A DNA stretch of 63,242 bases, filler included, from an uncultured bacterium (GTDB lineage Bacteria; CAYJRR01), in NCBI GenBank assembly GCA_964372275.1. It is 2 parts of 2 records of this genome, joined end to end, with 100 filler letters (N's around TTAATTAATTAA, not from the genome) between each part and the next. Parts side by side here need not be neighbours in the genome. Positions count along the whole stretch, not along the records: positions 1 to 31,898 come from CAYJRR010000049.1; 1 more part is not named here. One strand, written 5' to 3'. The translations under genes and the position numbers were made by a program. Under the pieces are notes generated by a model. It saw only the letters and a list, made by a program, of their open reading frames with translations. It ran no database searches and was not told where the DNA came from. Shown here piece after piece: positions 10,200-19,645 of this stretch; within the stretch, counting starts at the first letter, position 1; each line of letters starts with the position of its first letter.

Positions 10200-10838
10200 G
10201 TGAACAGGTTGACCCGGGCGAAGCGCGCGTTGGCCGCGCTGGGATTTCTCGCGTTGCTGGGCTCCGAGGCCGGCGCCACCACCATGGTCGAGCTTTCGCT
10301 CGACGACTTGACCCATCTCGCCGACGCGATCGTCGTCGCCGAGGTGACGTCGGTCGGCAGTCGGTGGGAGGCGAAGCCGAACGGCGGCCGGATGGTGCGG
10401 ACGCACAACCAGATGACGGTCGTCGAAAGCTGGAAGGGGGAGCTTTTCCCCGGACAGGCGATCGACGTCGTGGAGCAGGGGGGGCTGGTCGACGGTCGGG
10501 GGTTCGACCTGATCGGGAACGCCGGCTACCAGAAGTCGGAACGGGTGCTGCTCTTCTTGGAGCCGCGGCGCGCCGGCGGGTGGCGGACGATCGGGCTCCG
10601 GCAGGGGAAGTACACGCTCGTGCCGAACGGTGCGAACGGGTGGCACGTGGTGCGAAACGTCGTTCCGATCGAGCGACGCGGACGGCCCCTCGACGCCCGG
10701 ACGCTTCGGCCGACGAAATCGCGCGGCGGTGACGACTTCGCGACGATGGCGTCCCGGGTGAAGGCGATCGTGGAGGCCGACGTCAAAGCCGGCATCCGCG
10801 GAAAGGACCTTCCGCGCTACAAGGGGATCGGACGATGA
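10200..10838 (+). CDS. Secreted hypothetical protein, probable accessory of the downstream metalloprotease
   Basis: Signal peptide; TTMVELSLDDL...ADAIVVAEV N-terminus; ATGA overlap with the next gene. Confidence 0.7.
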   Translation: MNRLTRAKRALAALGFLALLGSEAGATTMVELSLDDLTHLADAIVVAEVTSVGSRWEAKPNGGRMVRTHNQMTVVESWKGELFPGQAIDVVEQGGLVDGRGFDLIGNAGYQKSERVLLFLEPRRAGGWRTIGLRQGKYTLVPNGANGWHVVRNVVPIERRGRPLDARTLRPTKSRGGDDFATMASRVKAIVEADVKAGIRGKDLPRYKGIGR

Positions 10839-12175
10839 GACGGTTGGTCGTAGCAACGTCGCTGGCGTGGATCGCGCTGGCCGGAGAGGCCGCTGCCGGG
10901 GATCGCTACCTCCCGAACAACCCCCACTGGTTCGGGGAGGACATGCCGGTCACGCTGCGCTTCGACAGCACGCGCGAAAACTCGATGCCTCCGCTGCCGG
11001 CGCAGCACGACGCGGTGAAGGATGCGGCGCAGACGTGGGAGGACATCGACTGCACCAGCTTCGACTTCTCGTTCGGCTCGTCGGCGGATTACGACGGGTT
11101 CAACGGCGCCGACGGTTTCAACACGATCAGCTACGAAGACCCCGACGACGAGCTCGGGACCGGGACGCTGGCCGCGACGATCACGCCCTACGGCGATGGC
11201 TCCATCAACAAGGAGACGGTGAACGGGATCGAGTGGCGTCGCGTCCTCGAGTTCGACGTCGTCTTCAACGACGGGGTCGACTTCGGCACGCCGTCGGAGA
11301 TCGATTCGCCGGGATGCTCGGGACTGACCGACATGCAGGCGGTCGCCTTCCACGAGATCGGCCACGGCATCGGCTACGGACACCCCTGCGAATCGGGCGA
11401 GTCGTGCCCCGACTCCGAGGAACGCAACTCGGTGATGTACTGGTCGATCGCGGCGTGCGACGGGAAGCGCAATCCGAACAACTACGACCTGACCAGCCAT
11501 TCGACTTCGTACGGACTGGGCGGGGTGTCGGACTTCGCCGCGGTCGGGGACTCGAACGTCGGCGGCACGCCGCTCACCGTGCAGTTCCAGCCGTCGGTCC
11601 TGACCAGCGCGGCGGTGACGAGCGCCAGCTGGACCTTCGGCGACGGCGGAACGGACGAGACGACCGGCACGGAGGTCGCCGAGAACGTCTACGAGTCGGA
11701 AGGGCGCTACAACGTCAAGGTCCGGATCGAGGGGAACCACCCGGTCTGCGGCGACTTCGTTCACGAGGTGGAGAAGGCCAACTACGTCACCGCCTGCAAC
11801 GACCTGGTGCCGAAGTTTCACCATTCGGCGGACGGCCGGAAGGTGCGCTTCTACAGCGACACCGAGGGGGCGGCGGCGGGTTGCCTCCAGGTCCTGGAGT
11901 GGGACTTCGGCGACGGCGAGACCTCCTACGTTCGCGATCCGATCCACACCTATGCCGACGGCGGCAGCTACCAGGTGGTGCTGACCGCCCGGGGGCCGGC
12001 CGGCGAAGTGGTCGGCGATCCGGTGACGGTCAAGACCGGGGCCGGGGAGAAGGGGGGATTCTTCTCCTGCTCGGTGCTCGGGGTCGAAGCGACCAACGCG
12101 GCGGCGGCGGCCGGGGCGCTGATCGCGGCGGTGGTGATGTCGCTGGCGACGCTGGCGCGACGACGGCGGTCGTAG
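10835..12175 (+). CDS. Matrixin-type (metzincin) zinc metalloprotease with two PKD domains and a MYXO-CTERM-like sorting signal
   Basis: HEIGHGIGYGH, Met-turn SVMY, WTFGDG and WDFGDG PKD motifs; C-terminal GGFFSC, hydrophobic helix and RRRRS. Confidence 0.88.
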   Translation: MRRLVVATSLAWIALAGEAAAGDRYLPNNPHWFGEDMPVTLRFDSTRENSMPPLPAQHDAVKDAAQTWEDIDCTSFDFSFGSSADYDGFNGADGFNTISYEDPDDELGTGTLAATITPYGDGSINKETVNGIEWRRVLEFDVVFNDGVDFGTPSEIDSPGCSGLTDMQAVAFHEIGHGIGYGHPCESGESCPDSEERNSVMYWSIAACDGKRNPNNYDLTSHSTSYGLGGVSDFAAVGDSNVGGTPLTVQFQPSVLTSAAVTSASWTFGDGGTDETTGTEVAENVYESEGRYNVKVRIEGNHPVCGDFVHEVEKANYVTACNDLVPKFHHSADGRKVRFYSDTEGAAAGCLQVLEWDFGDGETSYVRDPIHTYADGGSYQVVLTARGPAGEVVGDPVTVKTGAGEKGGFFSCSVLGVEATNAAAAAGALIAAVVMSLATLARRRRS

Positions 12176-12197
12176 GCGGCGCTCGATTCGCGTGACG

Positions 12198-12227
12198 AAG
12201 GGCCCCCGGGAAACGGGGGCCTTTTTC
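12198..12227 (+). terminator. Rho-independent terminator
   Basis: GGCCCCCG-GGAAA-CGGGGGCC stem followed by TTTTT, about 25 bp after the stop codon. Confidence 0.85.
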
Positions 12228-12519
12228 GTGGGCGGCCGCGGGAACCGCGTCCGGGGTTGCGGTCGCGGGTCGGATTTCCCGCTCCGTTCCATTCCGACTC
12301 CGGTCCGGTCGGGTTCCTGTCACGGCTCCGACTCCGACCCCCGTCTGGGGCTCATCCACAGGCGGTCTCCCGGAGAGTTAACAGAATACATCTTATCGGA
12401 AGTATCCAATCCCCAACGATCCCCACGATTCCCGCGGCCGTTCGCCGGAGTCGGCCTGTGGCGGGCGTGGAACGCCGTAGCCGCGGGGCCTCGGACGGCC
12501 TATTCTCGCCGACCCCCGA

Positions 12520-13308
12520 ATGAATTCTTCCCCCCGTATCGACGGCGCCACCGGCGAGCCGGTCTGGTCGATCTGGACGGCGCTCGCGTTTCTGTTGCTT
12601 TGGGGGGCGCTCCTGGTCGTGATCCCGACCGCCTCGTTGATGATCGCCGGACTGCTCAAGGCGCCCGACCTCTCCGATCCGGAGGCACTTCGCCGGCACA
12701 TGGAGGCGTTTGCCGAATCGGTCCAGGCATCGCCGCTGCTGCCGGTCGCGATTGCGAGTTGCATGCTGCTCTCGTGGATCGTCGTCTTCGGACTGATGGA
12801 GTCGCTGCTCCGGGTCTACCCGCGGTCGGTGCAACGCCAGGCGCTCGGGATCCGATGGCCGACGCCCTCCTGGAGTCTCGCCGTCGCCGTTCCGGTGGGC
12901 GTCGTCCTCTACGGGGTCGGCGAGCGGATCGCGGTCGGACTTCTCGACGAGCCGACGCCGACCGGCCTCGAGCAGTTGATGCAGACGGCGGTCGGACGCG
13001 CCGCGGTCGTCTTCCTGGCCCTGGTGCTAGCGCCGCCGGCGGAGGAGATCTTCTTTCGGGGGTTCCTCTACCCGCCGATCGCCCGCCTCCTGCCGCCGGT
13101 CCGCGCCGTCGCCGCCAACGCCGCGATCTTCACCATCGCCCACGTCGCCACCTACGGATTCGAGCCGGCCTATCTGCTGCCGGTCGGGCTGCTCGGCCTG
13201 GGGGTCGCGGCCTTGCGCGCCTGGTCGGGGTCGGTCTGGCCCGGGATCGTCGCGCACGGGGTCTTCAACGCCACCTCGATCATCCTGTTTCTTGTAGTAA
13301 AACCGTAG
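12520..13308 (+). CDS. CPBP (type II CAAX/Abi) intramembrane glutamic protease
   Basis: EEIFFRG, FTIAH and HGVFN motifs; multiple transmembrane helices. Confidence 0.9.
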   Translation: MNSSPRIDGATGEPVWSIWTALAFLLLWGALLVVIPTASLMIAGLLKAPDLSDPEALRRHMEAFAESVQASPLLPVAIASCMLLSWIVVFGLMESLLRVYPRSVQRQALGIRWPTPSWSLAVAVPVGVVLYGVGERIAVGLLDEPTPTGLEQLMQTAVGRAAVVFLALVLAPPAEEIFFRGFLYPPIARLLPPVRAVAANAAIFTIAHVATYGFEPAYLLPVGLLGLGVAALRAWSGSVWPGIVAHGVFNATSIILFLVVKP

Positions 13309-13324
13309 AGATCCTGGAGGATCC

Positions 13325-14437
13325 ATGAAGCGTTTCTGGATGTCGTTGCTGCTCCTCGTCCCCGCCTCGGCGTACGCCAAGGAGGGGGACTGGAAGACGA
13401 AGCCGCCCGCGGAGTGGACGCTGGAGGAGGTGCGGGAGATCCTCTCGACCTCCCCCTGGGTGACGACCGTCGAAGTCTTCCCGGCGGCGCTGGCGACGCC
13501 GGGCTCGGGCCAGTCGAAGCCGGTCGCCCTGCCCCAGCGCGTTCCGCTGACCATCCGCTGGTACTCCGCCGGGATCGTGCGCGAGGCGACCGTTCGCGGG
13601 GCGGAGTTGGCGGGGAGCAAGATCCCGGCGGAACAGCGCGCCGAACTGACCCGTCCAAGCGATCGCTTCTACATCGTCTCGGTCACCGCGCCGGAGACGC
13701 TCGCCGTCCTCGATTCGAGCCCGTTGGAGACGCTCGTCGCGAACACGCACCTTTCGAGCGACAACGGGAAGCCGATACCCCTGACGTTGATCAAGCGTCC
13801 TGCGGAGAACGGCGGCCCCGAGGCGCTATTTCTGTTCGACAAGGGGGCCGGCATCCCCGCGGACGCCAAGAAGCTGACCTTCCGCACCGCCGCCGGCGAG
13901 CTGAAGGTCGAGGCCCGCTTTTCGGCCGACAAGATGGTCTGGAACGGGGCGCGCGATCTCGACGGCGATACCGGTCCGGTCTCCGCCGACGAGAAGCGGC
14001 GCCGCGAGATCCAGTCGGCGGTCCTGTCCGGCGAGGCCCCGGAGTTCGTTCGCGCCGTGACCGACGTCCGGATCGAGCAAGCCAAAGGGGAGAAGCGTCC
14101 CTGGAAGGTCTACGTTTTCTACGACCCCGCCCGCGAGCTCTCGCATCCCGCCGAAGCCCGACTTCCCGACATCGCTGGCCGCAAGCTCGGTGTCGCGCGC
14201 CGGGTCGGACGCTACTCGAGCGCGAACAAGGCGGCGGTGCAGGTGATCGTCTTCGTCGATCCTTCGAAGGGGAAGGCGGTCGACTACCTTCTCGGCGCCG
14301 ACGCGGAGACGATCGCTTCGCTGGCCCCGGAGTCGGGGGAGAAGCTCTTCAAGGAGAAGCTGACCGCCGCCGACGCCCCCGCCGCGAAGCCCACGGACGG
14401 CACGTCAGCGAAGCCCGCGACCAAGGGCAAGAGCTGA
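13325..14437 (+). CDS. Secreted hypothetical protein
   Basis: GGAGG RBS, signal peptide ending ASAYA, typical codon usage. Confidence 0.7.
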   Translation: MKRFWMSLLLLVPASAYAKEGDWKTKPPAEWTLEEVREILSTSPWVTTVEVFPAALATPGSGQSKPVALPQRVPLTIRWYSAGIVREATVRGAELAGSKIPAEQRAELTRPSDRFYIVSVTAPETLAVLDSSPLETLVANTHLSSDNGKPIPLTLIKRPAENGGPEALFLFDKGAGIPADAKKLTFRTAAGELKVEARFSADKMVWNGARDLDGDTGPVSADEKRRREIQSAVLSGEAPEFVRAVTDVRIEQAKGEKRPWKVYVFYDPARELSHPAEARLPDIAGRKLGVARRVGRYSSANKAAVQVIVFVDPSKGKAVDYLLGADAETIASLAPESGEKLFKEKLTAADAPAAKPTDGTSAKPATKGKS

Positions 14438-14444
14438 CCGGCTG

Positions 14445-15752
14445 CTAGGGAAAGATTCCCCGCTCGCGGTAGGCGCGCTGGATCCGCTGCAAGGCCGCGG
14501 CGTAGGCCGCCGTGCGGCTGTCGACCTTGAGCTGGCTCCCGAGCTCGTGACTCATCCGGTAGGAGCGGCGGATGTAGGTCTCGAGCTTGTGGTCGACCTC
14601 TTCGAGCTCCCAGCGCTCCGACTTCTTGTTCTGCACCCATTCGAAGTAGGAGACGATGACGCCGCCGGAGTTGCAGAGGATGTCGGGGAGGATGTCGGTC
14701 CCCTTGGCGCGAAGGATCTCCTCGGCCCCCGGGGTCGTCGGGCCGTTGGCGCCTTCGGCCAGGAGCCGCACGGTCAGGAGGGGCGCCGTCTCCTCGGTCA
14801 CCTGGTTCTCCAGGGCCGCGGGGATGGCGATGTCGGCCCGGGTCGACCAGAACTCTCTCGGGCCGATCCGTTCCGCGGCGGGGAATCCGGCGATCCCCCC
14901 CTTCTCCTCGACGTACTTCTTCAGGGCGACGGTGTCGATGCCGCCGGGGTTGGCGATGCTACCTGTGTGGTCGGCGACGGCGACGAGCTTGACGCCTTTG
15001 GCACCGAGCAGCACAGCGGCGTTGGAGCCGACGTTGCCGTAGCCCTGCACGATCATCGTCGCCTTCGACAGGTCGAACTTCTTTCCCCGCGCCCACTCGT
15101 CGACGCAGAAGGCGACCCCCTGCCCCGTCGCCTTCTCCCGGCCGAGGCTGCCACCGCAGGTGAGTGTCTTGCCGGTGACGACGTGCTTGACGGCGAAGCG
15201 ATCGTGCGCCGGCGCGGCGTTGAGGTAGGTGTCCATCATCCAGACCATCGTCTGGGCGTTGGTGCCGACGTCGGGCGCCGGGATGTCGTACTCCGGGCCG
15301 ATGTTTCCGCCGAGCGCGTGCGTGAAGCGGCGCGTGATGCGCATCAGCTCCCCTTCGGAGTGGCCGCGCGGAGAGAACTGGATCCCCCCTTTCGCGCCGC
15401 CGAACGGCACGTCGGCGAGCGCGCACTTGAACGTCATCCAGGTGGCCAGCGCCTTCACCTCGTCGATGTGGACGTCGGGGTGGTAGCGCATCCCCCCCTT
15501 GTACGGTCCGAGAATGTTGTTGTGCTGAACCCGATAGCCCTTGAACAGCCGGTAGTCCCCGTTGTCCATGCGGACGGGGAAGTTGATCATCAGCTCGTTC
15601 TTCGGCTGCGAGAGGATGGTGAAGACCTCCGAGTCGAGCCGGACTGCCTCGGCCGCGCGCTGCCACTGCATCACCGCGACCTGGTACAGGGAGAGCGGCT
15701 TGGGCGTTTTCGCGCTGTCGGTGCTGCGGAGAGTGGTCTCGGTTGCGGACAT
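14445..15752 (-). CDS. gdhA: Glu/Leu/Phe/Val dehydrogenase (glutamate dehydrogenase)
   Basis: GPYKGG, GGAKGG, PAPDVGT, QGYGNVG, EGANGP, NSGGVIVSYFEW. Confidence 0.95.
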   Translation of the reverse strand: MSATETTLRSTDSAKTPKPLSLYQVAVMQWQRAAEAVRLDSEVFTILSQPKNELMINFPVRMDNGDYRLFKGYRVQHNNILGPYKGGMRYHPDVHIDEVKALATWMTFKCALADVPFGGAKGGIQFSPRGHSEGELMRITRRFTHALGGNIGPEYDIPAPDVGTNAQTMVWMMDTYLNAAPAHDRFAVKHVVTGKTLTCGGSLGREKATGQGVAFCVDEWARGKKFDLSKATMIVQGYGNVGSNAAVLLGAKGVKLVAVADHTGSIANPGGIDTVALKKYVEEKGGIAGFPAAERIGPREFWSTRADIAIPAALENQVTEETAPLLTVRLLAEGANGPTTPGAEEILRAKGTDILPDILCNSGGVIVSYFEWVQNKKSERWELEEVDHKLETYIRRSYRMSHELGSQLKVDSRTAAYAAALQRIQRAYRERGIFP

Positions 15753-15992
15753 GGCGTTCTCGGAAGGGGGGGGATGTCCTCGTCGGGGTCGCGGTTGCCG
15801 GCCGCTACGATAGCACCATTACTCGGGCGCGCCCTGCTCGGTCCGGCGCCCGGAGATCGAACCGGTCTGTTCCGCAGGCGCGACCTCGCCGGTGAACCCG
15901 CCTTTGAACGCGCAGCCGGCGAGGCACGCTGGCACGACGATTCGGCCGATTGCGTTCATCCGGTGTCACGGGAAGGCTCGGCGACGCAACCT

Positions 15993-17132
15993 CTAGCCGG
16001 GCACGCAGACGGCGCCCTGTTCGATCCAGCGGAGGATCATCCGGTAGTCCGGGTCCTCGGTGCTGACGAACTGGATGTTCGGATGCCCGGTTCCCAGCGG
16101 CTTGGTCAAGATCAAGCTGGCGGGAGGATCGATCTTGTCCACGCGTATCACCAACGAGCGCGGCGAGACCTCCACCGTCAGCTCCGTGCAGACCTTTCCG
16201 GCGTTCTCGTTGAGCTTGAGCTTGCCGACCTGATCGCCCGGCTGGCCCCCCTTGTGGCAACTGGCGCAGTTCCGGTCCATCGGTCCGAAGATGGGATAGA
16301 CCTGGGTCACGAAGTCGACGACCGGCTCGGTGGATCCATCGTCGTCGTCGTCGTCGCCTCCCGGCGTTTCGGTCGGAGTCGGCGTCTCCTCGCCCGGCGG
16401 GGGGGGCGGCTCCGCGGCGAGGTCGACGAGGGTCCACGCCCCGGGGCGCACGATCGTGCCGACCGTGCTGAAGACGTCACCGGCGGGATCGGCGACCTGG
16501 ACGACGAGATTGGAGGTCGTCACGTTGAGAAAGACGAACCCGCCGGCGGAGCTGGTGGCGGACGCGCTCGGAGCGGGTTGGCGGCTCTGCGACAGGTAGA
16601 AGGCGCTCGAATGGGACATCGTGTCCGGCAGGATGCGCAGGTCGGAGATGCCGGAGAGCGGGTTCTGGGCCGAGTCGAGGACCAGGCCGAGGATCGCGCC
16701 GCCGCTCGTCTGCTGGACGGCGAAGTTCTGGCCGAAGGTGAGCGCGTCGACGCTGCTCAAGACCGGAACGAACAGCGCTTCGATCGATTCGCTGCCGATC
16801 CAGATCGTGCTGGAGATCGTCGTCACGTGCCCGTCCCCGGGCGTCACGATCAGGATCAAGGCCCCCTGCGCCGGGACGGGATCGAGCGTGAAGTCCCCGT
16901 TGGCGTCCGAGAAGGTGAAGAGCGGCGGGGAGACGCCGTAGGCGTCGATCCGGGCTCCGGCGATCGCCGAGCTGCTGCGCCAGTCGATCAGGCGGCCACG
17001 GACGGCGACCGACGTCACGGTCGCGTCCTGGGGGTAGAGCACCTCGGCTCGACACGCGCCGAGCGCGATCCCGACGGCCAGGAGGAGTCCCAGCCGGAGC
17101 GGCGTTCGAGGTCGGACATCGGCCGAATTCAA
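15993..17132 (-). CDS. Lipoprotein with carboxypeptidase-regulatory-like domains and a C-terminal monoheme cytochrome c (paralog 3)
   Basis: TTG start overlapping the upstream TGA; LGA-C lipobox; CASCH; SLILTKP...H...WIEQGA. Confidence 0.75.
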   Translation of the reverse strand: MNSADVRPRTPLRLGLLLAVGIALGACRAEVLYPQDATVTSVAVRGRLIDWRSSSAIAGARIDAYGVSPPLFTFSDANGDFTLDPVPAQGALILIVTPGDGHVTTISSTIWIGSESIEALFVPVLSSVDALTFGQNFAVQQTSGGAILGLVLDSAQNPLSGISDLRILPDTMSHSSAFYLSQSRQPAPSASATSSAGGFVFLNVTTSNLVVQVADPAGDVFSTVGTIVRPGAWTLVDLAAEPPPPPGEETPTPTETPGGDDDDDDGSTEPVVDFVTQVYPIFGPMDRNCASCHKGGQPGDQVGKLKLNENAGKVCTELTVEVSPRSLVIRVDKIDPPASLILTKPLGTGHPNIQFVSTEDPDYRMILRWIEQGAVCVPG

Positions 17133-18307
17133 CAGTCGTTCTCCGCGCCGAGGACGATCCAGCTCCAGATGCGGTTGTAGTCGACGTCGTACGGGCCCTG
17201 CGGGAAGTTCGCGTTGGGGTGCGGCGGTTGCCCACCCGGAGAGGGCCGGGTCAGCAGCAGACTCCGATCCGGGTAGGTCAGGTCGACGCGCCGAGTGCCG
17301 GTGTTCGGGGAGACGTCGGTCACGAAGCGCTGGTGGAGCGTATTGCAAGGGGTGTTTCCGTCGATCTTGAGCCCCCCCTCGAGATGACCCGGCTGATTCT
17401 GCTTGTGACAGTCGACGCAGCCGCGACCGCCTTGCGCGATCGTCTTCTTGAAGATGTTCTGCAGGTCGTCCTTGAAGGAGATTGCCTCGTCCGGTGTCGG
17501 CGTCGGTCCGGGCACCAGGGTCGGCGTCGGCGTAGGGGTCGGAGAATCGCCCGGCTCCGGTTCCGTCGGCGGCGGCTCGGCCGAAAGGTCGACGAGCGAC
17601 CAGGCGCCGGGGAGGACGGTGGTGGCGACGGAGCTGAAGACGGTCCCATCGGGATCGGCGACTTGCACGATCAGATTTCCGGTCGTCACGTTCAGGAAGA
17701 CGAACTCCCCCGAGGAGGTGGTCGCCGAGGCGGTCGGGGCCGGATTGCGGGCGACCGACAGGAAGTAGGCGCTGGAGTGGACCATCGTGTCGGGCAGGAC
17801 GCGCAGGTCTCGGATCCCCGCCAGCGGATCGCCGCTTTGGCCGAGCACCCGCCCAAGGATGGCGCCGCCGGTCGAGTGGACGACCGGAAAGGAGCCGCCG
17901 AAGCTGGCGGCGTCGGCATCCGGAATCGCGGTGAGGAAAAGGGCCTCGACCGATTCCGAGCCGACGAAGATCGGACTCGAGACGGTGTCGGCGTAGCCGT
18001 CGGCGACGACCCGGAGGGTCACCACCCCCTGCGCCGGTACGCCCTCCATCCGGAAATCGCCGGTCGCGTTCGCGGTCACCTGGATCGCCGGGAAGATCCC
18101 GACGGTGACCACCGTGGCGTTCGGCACGACGGTGGCCGAATTTCGCCAGCTCACCACGCGTCCCGAGAGGCCGACCTCGGTGACGGCCCCCTCGTCGTGG
18201 AAGAGGACCTCCGAGGTGCAAGCGACCACCGGGACGAGGAGAAGCGCGACCTGGGTCGCGCGGAAGCCCGCGCGTCCACCGGCCGGCGATCGTCCCGACG
18301 GGGGCAT
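17129..18307 (-). CDS. Lipoprotein with carboxypeptidase-regulatory-like domains and a C-terminal monoheme cytochrome c (paralog 2)
   Basis: TGATG coupling; VVA-C lipobox; CVDCH; SLLLTRP...H...WIVLGA. Confidence 0.75.
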   Translation of the reverse strand: MPPSGRSPAGGRAGFRATQVALLLVPVVACTSEVLFHDEGAVTEVGLSGRVVSWRNSATVVPNATVVTVGIFPAIQVTANATGDFRMEGVPAQGVVTLRVVADGYADTVSSPIFVGSESVEALFLTAIPDADAASFGGSFPVVHSTGGAILGRVLGQSGDPLAGIRDLRVLPDTMVHSSAYFLSVARNPAPTASATTSSGEFVFLNVTTGNLIVQVADPDGTVFSSVATTVLPGAWSLVDLSAEPPPTEPEPGDSPTPTPTPTLVPGPTPTPDEAISFKDDLQNIFKKTIAQGGRGCVDCHKQNQPGHLEGGLKIDGNTPCNTLHQRFVTDVSPNTGTRRVDLTYPDRSLLLTRPSPGGQPPHPNANFPQGPYDVDYNRIWSWIVLGAENDC

Positions 18308-19545
18308 CAGTTGAACTCCGCCCCTTCGCTGATCCAGCGAAAGATCGTCTGGTAGCGCGGGTCGAGCTCGCTGCTGAAGATCCCGCCGCCGTAGTGGTCG
18401 GCGGAGGCGGAAAGCGGCTTGGTCAGAAGCAGGCTCGCCGCGGGGTTCTCCTTGTTGATCCGGACCTGTTGGGCGCAGCTGTAGTCCTCGTCGAGATCGA
18501 CGAGGTCGTCGTAGACGTCGTCGATGGAATCGCTGGACCGACGCAGCTTGAGGCCGCAGGGTCCGTGGTCGTAGCAATCGCTGCCCCCCCAGTTCGACTG
18601 CGATCCACCGCCGACCGTTCCGCCGAGGAGCGAAAAACAGCCGCTCCACTCCTTCACGTGGCACGATCCGCAGCCGCCCCCTTCCGGCGCCGAGGTGACG
18701 AAGATCGGCAGCACGTCGTTTCGGAACGAAACCGGTTCCGACGTCTCGTCGGGGTCGTCCGTCTCCCCTGGAACCGCGAGGAGGTCGACGAACGACCATG
18801 CCCCGCTGCGAACGACGGTGCCGGCCGGCGCGTACTCGTACCCGCTCATCGATCCGTGCACCGCCACGTTCGCCGTCATCGACGTGGAGACGTTGAAGTA
18901 GACGAACCGACCGCTCGCCGAGGTCACGCTCGCCCCGGGACTCGGATCGCCGTTCGCGTCCAGGAAACGGGGCGCGTCGCTCGGAACGCCATCCGGGTAG
19001 AGGTCGAACCCCGACGCACCGGCGAGCGGGGACCCGGCGTCGGCGTCGATCACCCGCCCGAGGATCGTGCCGCGATTCGCGACCGTCGCGACGTTGAACG
19101 TGGCCCGGAAGGTGAGGTCGTCCTGGCTGCTCACCACCGGTACTTCGAGGTTTTCGATCGGAACGTTGGTGACCAGCAGCGGTACCGAGATCGTCTCGAC
19201 GTGCCCCGCGGCGGTGACGTCCAGGATGACCAACCCCTGCACCGGAACCCGTTCCAGCCGGAACTCCCCCTCCCCGTCCGACTCGGTCACGATCGCAGGG
19301 AAGATGCCGAGGGTGCGGATCGTCGCGCCGACGACCGGAGTTCCGAGGCCGAAATCGACCAGCCGCCCGGAGACGGAGACCTCCGAGACCTGGCTTCCCG
19401 AATCGAACCGGACGTTCGCTTGGCAGCCGGCAAGCAGCGTGGACAGCAGCGCGCAAGAGCCGACCCGGAGGCGAGCGCGTAGCACGTCGAGGCCCCCCTT
19501 TGAGCCGCCGAGCCAAAGCGAGCCCAACACAAGGGATTGTCTCAA
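18307..19545 (-). CDS. Lipoprotein with carboxypeptidase-regulatory-like domains and a C-terminal monoheme cytochrome c (paralog 1; start uncertain)
   Basis: LLAG-C lipobox; CGSCH; SLLLTKP...HYGG...WISEGA. Confidence 0.75.
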   Translation of the reverse strand: MRQSLVLGSLWLGGSKGGLDVLRARLRVGSCALLSTLLAGCQANVRFDSGSQVSEVSVSGRLVDFGLGTPVVGATIRTLGIFPAIVTESDGEGEFRLERVPVQGLVILDVTAAGHVETISVPLLVTNVPIENLEVPVVSSQDDLTFRATFNVATVANRGTILGRVIDADAGSPLAGASGFDLYPDGVPSDAPRFLDANGDPSPGASVTSASGRFVYFNVSTSMTANVAVHGSMSGYEYAPAGTVVRSGAWSFVDLLAVPGETDDPDETSEPVSFRNDVLPIFVTSAPEGGGCGSCHVKEWSGCFSLLGGTVGGGSQSNWGGSDCYDHGPCGLKLRRSSDSIDDVYDDLVDLDEDYSCAQQVRINKENPAASLLLTKPLSASADHYGGGIFSSELDPRYQTIFRWISEGAEFN

Positions 19546-19645
19546 CTATCGGTACTGCCGTCCAGACGTCGTCGAGGTCGAAGTGCCGCGTCAACCGCGC
19601 GGTTCGACTCGCGAAACGCCGCGTGCATCGCGCTGCCCACGTGGA

